64,000 bases of DNA from Octopus vulgaris (lineage: Eukaryota): the NCBI GenBank assembly GCA_951406725.2, contig OX597837.1:23126001-23190000 (forward strand). Reading direction: 5' to 3'. This document shows positions 56,400 through 64,000 of the stretch, piece by piece (position 1 is the stretch's first letter; each line of letters opens with the position of its first letter). The translations under genes and the position numbers were made by a program. A model generated the notes under the pieces. It searched no databases and was not told the origin of the DNA. It saw nothing but the letters and a program-made list of their open reading frames with translations.

Positions 56400-56436
56400 C
56401 TGTTACTCTGAGTTTCCCATTGCCGTTCATCGGACA
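56400..56436 (-). ncRNA. Type I hammerhead-like motif, family H3, variant core CCGAUGA
   Basis: TGT-CCGATGA-ACG(GCAA)TGG-GAAAC-TCAGA-GTA-ACA: GNRA-capped helix II, ACTC(A)GAGT helix III and a GUA triplet. Confidence 0.55.
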
Positions 56437-56666
56437 TTTTTTAAGGAGGTGCTCCAGCATGGCCGCAATCAGATGACTGAAACAAGTAAAAGAATAAAAA
56501 AATATTTATATACATACATACATACAAACATACATACATACATACACACATACATACATACATATATGTCTGTGTGCGTTTGTATGTGTGATGTGTGCAT
56601 ATTACTCTACCACTGGTATTTGAGTACTCTTTTTTCCACCTTGTTTCCCATTTATGTGTTTACTCC

Positions 56667-56724
<58 letters not shown>

Positions 56725-56729
56725 GTATG

Positions 56730-56763
<34 letters not shown>

Positions 56764-56825
56764 TGTATGAATGTATGTATGTTTGTATGTATGTATGTAT
56801 GTATGTATGTATATAAATATTTTTT

Positions 56826-57100
56826 TATTCTTTTACTTGTTTCAGTCATCTGATTTCGGCCTTGGTGGAGCACTGCCTTAAAGGGTTTTGGTCGAAGAAA
56901 TCAACCCTAGGACTTATTCGTTGTAAGCCTAGTACTTATCCTATTGGTCTCTTTTGCCAAACTGCTAAGTTACGGGGTTACATTGGTTGTCAAGTTATGG
57001 TGGAGGGGGACAAACACAGATTCTTGCCCAAGCTGCCACGCAGTGGGACTGAACCTGGAACCATGTGGTTGGGAAGCAACTTGTTACCACTCAACCACAC
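56826..57100 (-). mobile_element. SINE family A, internally deleted
   Basis: Homologous to other A copies. Confidence 0.75.
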
Positions 57101-57177
57101 CTATAAATACATATGTATATCTATCTATATCTATATATTCACAGTTGGTGACATCCTGTACCTATATATACATATGG

Positions 57178-57304
<127 letters not shown>

Positions 57305-57332
57305 TATATATATATATACCTATATATATGAT

Positions 57333-57515
57333 AGATCGTTAGCTCCTACACGCATTTTTTTCTCTCCTTGTTTTTTTCTGTGTATCTTTCTGTCGAAGAG
57401 CGTAGGCTCGAAATGTAAAAGACTTTTTCTATTCCTGAGCACTATACTAATACATTTGTTTGTTTGTACTCCACCTGCCTTCATCTTTTGTTTATTTTCA
57501 TAAACGTTCCCTTTA
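57333..57515 (+). mobile_element. Family H1 copy with hammerhead-like motif at 57385-57422
   Basis: TCTTT-CTGTCGA-A-GAGC(GTAG)GCTC-GAAAT-GTA-AAAGA. Flanked by (TA)n. Confidence 0.6.
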
Positions 57516-58149
57516 TATATATATATACATATATATACATACACACATATATATACACATACATATACATGCATACATATATACATACATATATATAATA
57601 TAGATAGAGAGAGAGACAAATAGATAGATGGATAGATAAATAAACAAATAGATAGTTACATAACACACATGTATGTGTACTTGTGCACATGTGAAATTAA
57701 TGCATATATGTTTGTGTATATGCATGTGTGCATACATGCATGTGAGTGCAATAATATGCATGTATGTTAATGATTGTGCATTTGTATGTGTCAGTGAGTC
57801 TATATCCATTTATGTACATATATGCATGTGAATACATGTTAGTACATGCGTGTGTATGTATTGATGTTAGTACGTGTGTGTCTGATTTTTTTTTTTAATT
57901 AACAGCAGTGATAGAATCAACTTCTATGTGTAGGTATGTGTGTGTGTGTGTGTGTGTGTGCGTATGTGTGGGGGTATGGGTGAGTGTATGTGTGATGGCG
58001 GAAGGCTGCGTATATGTGTGTGTGTGTATAACTGGTTTATTTAATGATTTTTAGTTCATGACAAAGAGGACGACAATAATGATAGTGATTATAGGGGTGA
58101 GAGCAGTGGCTATGATGGGGGTGGTGGTGGTGTGCTGGCAAAGCTTGAA

Positions 58150-58283
58150 GGAGTAATGATTATGATGATGATGATGATGATGATGATGTTTATAGTGATG
58201 GTAGTGATGATGACGGTGATGACGACGATGGTGATGATGAAGATGATGATGATGATGGTGGTGATGGTGGTGTTGATGATAAC

Positions 58284-58328
<45 letters not shown>

Positions 58329-58494
58329 GGTGGTGGTGGTGGTGATGATGATGATGATGATGATGATGATGTTGATGTTTAGAGTGATGGTGGTGGTGAT
58401 GACGGTGATGACGGTGATGACGACGATGGTGATGATGAAGATGATGATGATGATGACGATGGTGATGATGGTGGTGATGATGATAACGATGATA

Positions 58495-58556
<62 letters not shown>

Positions 58557-58621
58557 GGTGGTGGTGGTGATGATGATGATGATGATGACGATGGTGATGA
58601 TGGTGGTGATGATAACGATGA

Positions 58622-58655
<34 letters not shown>

Positions 58656-58666
58656 GGTGGTGGTAG

Positions 58667-58713
<47 letters not shown>

Positions 58714-58868
58714 GTGATGATGGTGATGATGATGGTGATGATGGTGTTGAGGACGATGGTGGTGACGATGATGGTAGTGATGAAAACGATGATGGGGATC
58801 ATGATGGTGGTGATGATAATGATGATAGCGATGATGATGATGATGATGACATTGGTGAGGATGATGAT
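58150..58868. repeat. Compound (GAT)n/(GGT)n trinucleotide array
   Basis: Direct inspection. Confidence 0.95.
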
Positions 58869-59004
58869 TTCTGTCTTGCCATGCAAGTATTAGAAGTAAC
58901 AATTGTACATGTACACACACACACAATTATATATATTCATATATATATGTACACATACACACACACACACACATATAGATACACACACACACATACACAT
59001 ATAT

Positions 59005-59040
<36 letters not shown>

Positions 59041-59042
<2 letters not shown>

Positions 59043-59421
59043 AGGCGCAATGGCCCAGTGGTTAAGGCAGCGGACTGGCGGTCGTAGGATCGCGGTTTCG
59101 ATTCCCAGACCAGGCGTTGTGAGTGTTTATTGAGCGAAAACACCTAAAGCTCCACGAGGTTCTGGCAGGGGATGGTGGTGATCCCTGCTGTACTCTTTCA
59201 CCACAACTTTCTCTCACTCTTACTTCCTGTTTCTGTTGTACCTGTATTTCAAGGGGCCGGCCTTGTCACTCTCTGTGTCACGCTGAATATCCCCAAGAAC
59301 TACGTTAAGGGTACACGTGTCTGTGGAGAGCTCAGCCACTTACACGTTAATTTCACGAGCAGGCTGTTCCGTTGATCGGATCAACCGGAACCCTCGTCGT
59401 CGTAACCGACGGAGTGCTTCC
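59041..59421 (+). mobile_element. tRNA-derived SINE family E, young full-length copy
   Basis: tRNA-like head (tggcccagtggttaag / ggtttcgattccc), CpG-rich, inserted in (TA)n. Confidence 0.85.
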
Positions 59422-59554
59422 ATATATATATACCTATACATCCTAAAGAAAACTCTCTGACAAATGGGAACATGAAACTCTGAGTAACAATTTTTGTGAT
59501 ATTTTTGCTGCTTTTTAATAAAGTCCTTTTCATAGCATTTTTTCGATGGCCGGA

Positions 59555-59613
59555 ATAACTGAAGAGATGGCGGCGTGGGTTTCCGGCCCGACATCTGAAA
59601 CTCGGAATTTTAT
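59555..59613 (+). ncRNA. Type I hammerhead motif, family H4
   Basis: ATAA-CTGAAGA-GATG.CGG...CCG.CATC-T-GAAAC-TCGGA-ATT-TTAT. Confidence 0.55.
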
Positions 59614-59732
59614 CATGGCTACTGAATAATTGTCACATATTATATTTACAGATAAATTCCTCTATTTACATAATATTGAAGTCTCTTTCATTCTTTTGTT
59701 GTCTTACCGTTATTATCAATATATATATATAT

Positions 59733-60148
59733 GGCGAAGGAGTGGCTGTGTGGTAAGTAGCTTGTTTACCAACCACATGGTTCCGGGTTCACTCCCACTG
59801 CGTGGCACCTTGGGCAAGTGTCTTCTACTATAGCCTCGGGCCGGCCAAAGCCTTGTGAGTGGATTTGGTAGACGGAAACTGAGAGAAGCCTGTCGTATAT
59901 ATGTATATATATATATATGTATATATATATGTATGTGTGTGTGTGTTTGTGTTTGTCCCCCTAGCATTGCTTGACAACCGATGCTGGTGTGTTTACGTCC
60001 CCGTCACTTAGCGGTTCGGCAAAAGAGACCAATAGAATAAGTACTGGGCTTACAAAGAATAGGTCCCGGGGTCGATTTGTTCGACTAAAGGCGGTGCTCC
60101 AGCATGGCCGCAGTCAAATGACTGAAATAAGTAAAAGAGTAAAGAGTA
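59733..60148 (+). mobile_element. SINE family A, full-length
   Basis: Homologous to 2843-3243. Confidence 0.88.
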
Positions 60149-60180
60149 TATATATATATATATATAATATATATATATAT

Positions 60181-60570
60181 ACTAGCAGTATTGCCCAGCA
60201 TTGCTCGAGTTTGTTTTCTTTTCGATCCTTTAAAATTAGAATTTTTGAAAAGTAAAAATTTTGCATTATGTAGCTTGTTATTCTCTTTAAGTGAACATTT
60301 TTCTGGCTGAAATACACCAAAAAATGGTGATACAGCAGTCAAAAAGTTGTAAAAAATAGGGATTTTCATAGAAAAAAAGCACCTTTTTGATGTAAATAAT
60401 TTTTGGTCTTAACATGGTCCGATTTGAATTTTTTCTCCTATGGAATGAAGAGCAAGCCTTCTTCTATCATACTCTCAATTTTAGTCAACTTGCACCGCAG
60501 GGTCTCAAAGGAGATAGTGTCAGTTGAAGCCTACCAAACCTGCCACACACAGACAACTTCAGCTTTATAT
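60181..60570 (-). mobile_element. Non-autonomous Helitron-like element
   Basis: The minus strand ends with a hairpin (ctcgagcaatgctggg) then CTAG|T. Homologous to 34298-34692. Confidence 0.7.
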
Positions 60571-60950
60571 ACTCTTTTTACTCTTTTTACTTGTTTCAGT
60601 CATTTGACTGCGGCCATGCTGGAGCACCGCCTTTAGTCGAGCAACTCGACCCTGGGACTTATTCTTTTGTAAGCCCAGTACTTATTCTATCGGTCTCTTT
60701 TGCCGAACCGCTAAGTGACGGGGACATAAACACTAGGGGACAAACACAGACACACAAACACACACACGCATATATATATATATACATATATACGACGGGC
60801 TTCTCTCAGTTTCCGTCTACCAAATCCACTCACAAGGCTTTGGTCGGCCCGAGGCTATAGTAGAAGACACTTGCCCAAGGTGCCACGCAGTGGGACTGAA
60901 CCCGGAACCATATGGTTGGTAGACAAGCTACTTACCACACAGCCACTCCT
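60571..60950 (-). mobile_element. SINE family A
   Basis: Homologous to 2843-3243. Confidence 0.88.
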
Positions 60951-61256
60951 ATATATATATATCTCGTTTAATATACACAGTATTTAGATATAAGCCAGTA
61001 ATAGTTTCATGCTATGGAAACACAATAATTCAGTAGATTTAAATAACGTGCCTTATATCTCCAAGCTATTGAACAATTCTTCAGACATCCTCGGAGACAC
61101 AAGGCATATTATACAAACCTGTCAAAGTACTGTGTTTTCTCAGCATGAAACTAATAGTAGCTCATATTTAAATGCTGTGTATATTAAATGATATGTATCT
61201 CTTACTAGGTGGAGAACATTTTTTTTGTTGATCCTACCTATAATGGAACAGTAAAC

Positions 61257-61287
<31 letters not shown>

Positions 61288-61584
61288 ATGTATATATGTA
61301 TGTATATGTATCATATATGTGGTTCAAAGGTGGTATAGAAAACAAAAGATAGAGAGGCGAGGTGGCAAAAAGTAGGTGAATTAGTTTGATGTTTAGAAGG
61401 AATGGAAAAGTCTTTCATGTTCTGAGTCTATGTCCTTCAATAGAAAGAGATGAGAGGGAAACGATGGAGAGAGAGAAAGAGAGAGAGAGGGAGAGGGAGA
61501 GAGAGAAAGGGAGTGAGAGGGAGAGAGAGAAACAAGAAAATAAATGTGTCATAATTCATGGTTCCACATTGTTTAATGACCATT

Positions 61585-61772
61585 TATATGTATGTATGTA
61601 TGTATGTATGTACGCATGTATGTATGTATGTATGTGTGTGTTTGTATGTATGTATGTATGTATGTATGTATGTATGTATGTATGTATGTATGTATGTATG
61701 TGTTTGTGTGTATGTATGTATGTATGTATGTGTGTGTGTGTATGCATGTTTGTGTATGTATGTATGCATGTA

Positions 61773-61803
<31 letters not shown>

Positions 61804-61904
61804 ATGTATGTATGTATGTATGTGTGTGTGTATGTATGTATGTGTGTGTATGTATGTGTGTATGTATGTGTGTGTGTGTGTGTATGTATGTATGTAAGTA
61901 TGTA

Positions 61905-61935
<31 letters not shown>

Positions 61936-62305
61936 ATGTATGTATGTATGTATGTGTGTGTGTATGTATGTATATATGTATGTATGTGTGTGTGTATGTA
62001 TGTATGCATGTATGTATTTGTGTGTGTATGTATGTGTGCATGTATGTATGGATGTATGTATGCATGTATGTATGTATGCATGTATGTATTTGTGTGTGTA
62101 TGTATGTATGCATGTATGTATGCATGTATGTATGCATGTATGTATGTATGTATGTGTGTGTGTATGTATGTATGTGTGTGTATGTATGTATGTATGTATT
62201 TATGGATGTATGTGTGTGTATGTATGTGTGCGTATATGTATGTATGTGTGTATGCATGTATGCATGTGTGTATGTATGTCAGCATGGATGTATCTATGTA
62301 TGCAC

Positions 62306-62345
<40 letters not shown>

Positions 62346-62403
62346 GTATGTATGAATGTATGCATACATGCATGCATCATGTATGTATGTTTGTATGTAT
62401 GTA
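61585..62403. repeat. (GTAT)n/(GT)n microsatellite
   Basis: Direct inspection. Confidence 0.95.
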
Positions 62404-62711
62404 TACAGTGTTCCTTTTCTAATTATTGTTGTTTTTACAAGTGTTCCTCTGAAAAAATTTCATTTGATAATTCCTGAAATAAAATAGCAACAACAACAAA
62501 CAACAACAACAGCAATAATAATAATGCTTTCTACCATAAGCACAAAGCCTGAAATTTTAGGGGAGGAGGCTAGTTAACTACATCAATCCTTGCACTTGAC
62601 TGCTCTTTATTTCATCAACCTTGAAAGGGTGAAAGGCAATGTCTTCCTTGGTGGAACTTAAACTTAGAAGAAACCAGAAGAAATATCATGAAACATTTTT
62701 TCTGGCTTACA

Positions 62712-63125
62712 CTTTACTCTTTTACTTGTTTCAGTCATTTGACTGCGGCCATGCTCGAGCACCGCCTTTAGTCGAGCAAATCGACCCCGGGACTTATTCT
62801 TTGTAAGCCCAGTACTTATTCTATCGGTAGCTTTTGCCGAACCGCTAAGTGACGGGGACATAAACACACCAGCATCGGTTGTCAAGCAATGCTAGGGGGA
62901 CAAACACAGACACACAAACATATACACACACACTTATATATATATACATATATACATATATACGACAGGCTTCTTTCAGTTTCCGTCTACCAAATCCACT
63001 CACAAGGCATTGGTCGGCCCGGGGCTATAGCAGAAGACACTTGCCCAAGATGCCACGCAGTGGGACTGAACCCGGAACGATGTGGCTGGTTAGCAAGCTA
63101 CTTACCACACAGCCACTCCTGCGCC
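62712..63125 (-). mobile_element. SINE family A, full-length
   Basis: Homologous to 2843-3243. Confidence 0.9.
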
Positions 63126-63139
63126 TTCTGCTAGTTTGT

Positions 63140-63730
63140 TACCTTTCCTTTCTACTATAGGGTCAAGATTTGAAATTTGGTGGGAGTGGGGTCAGTTGAT
63201 TACATCGACCCCAGTACATGACTGGTAGTTATTTCATCAGTCCCAAAAAGATGAAAGGCAAGGACAACCTTGGAGGAATTTGAACTCAGAATGTAAAGCT
63301 AAAAGAAATTTTGTCTGGTACAGTAATGATTCTGGCTGGCATGGTAACGTTTCTGACAACTTGTCATCTTAATAATGATAATAATAATCCTTTAAAGGTC
63401 TTGAGTGTAAAGATCTTGAGAAAAAAGTTGGACATGAGGCGGTGAGCTGGCAGAAACATTAGCACGCTGAGCAAAATGCTTAGCGGTATTTCATCTGCTG
63501 TTACGTCCTGAGTTCAAATTCCACCGAGGTCAACTTTGCCCTTCATCCTTTCGGGGTCAATAAATTAAGTACCAGTTACACACTGGGATCGATATAATCG
63601 ACTTAATCCGTCTGTCTGTCCTTGTTTGTCTCCTCTGTGATTGACTACATACTAGGGGTGATGTAATCGACTTTAATCCCTTTGTCTGTCCCCTCTATGT
63701 TTAGCCCCTTGTGGGCAATAAAGAAATAAG
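63140..63730. mobile_element. Head-to-head family B copies (~63140-63365 minus; 63438-63730 plus)
   Basis: ggcggtgagctggcagaaac...gcccttcatcctttcggggtcaataaattaagtacc and its reverse complement. Confidence 0.75.
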
Positions 63731-64000
63731 AAAACCTTGGTTGGTGAGGAGAGGGATTGTTGGACACCCTGCAGGACAGAAAATAAGACCCATCAATTAT
63801 GTAATTAAGTAATTATGACGATTTGAAGTGAAAAATATGAAAGTTGTGGTCAAGGAGTAGATGTGCTACCAATAGTTATTGGAAGTATCAACACTCAAGT
63901 ACCAATATGGCTGAAAAAGATTGGTGCAAGCGCGAAGGTAGAACACCTACAAAAATCAGCATTGCTTGGAACTGCAAGAATTCTTCACAGGTTTCTTGAA

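Noticed and set aside
58051-58926. Poly-His / poly-Met / poly-Ile ORFs
   Set aside because: Trinucleotide (GAT/GGT) array with no splice context or domain.
61386-62422. Long ORFs in the (GTAT)n array
   Set aside because: Microsatellite translation artefacts.

Overview
AT-rich, repeat-saturated animal genomic DNA. The SINE families and huge (TA)/(CA)/(GATA) microsatellite load resemble an octopus/coleoid cephalopod genome (inference). The only protein-coding sequence I can support is the first two coding exons of a tomosyn (STXBP5/STXBP5L-type) gene on the minus strand (52143-52283 and 44893-44990). Exon 2 is followed by a U12-type donor (GTATCCTT), and I found no exon 3, so positions 1-44892 appear to lie in one long minor-class intron. 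Nearly all long ORFs in the track are microsatellite artefacts. The rest is several tRNA-derived SINE families (some with swapped heads and tails), a (GAT)n-tailed retro-repeat, an RTE LINE fragment, piggyBac/hAT/Tc1-mariner/MULE-like MITEs, Helitron-like elements and minisatellites. The most striking unannotated signal is a set of at least five distinct short repeat families carrying type-I hammerhead ribozyme motifs with tiny palindromic helix III, like Penelope-element minimal hammerheads. Some have canonical cores and others recurrent core variants (CUGUYGA, CCGAUGA). Most sit in (TA)n tracts, and several are associated with fold-backs or inversions. One intact copy (39216-39279) is on the tomosyn sense strand. 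All calls were made by eye, and repeat boundaries are approximate.
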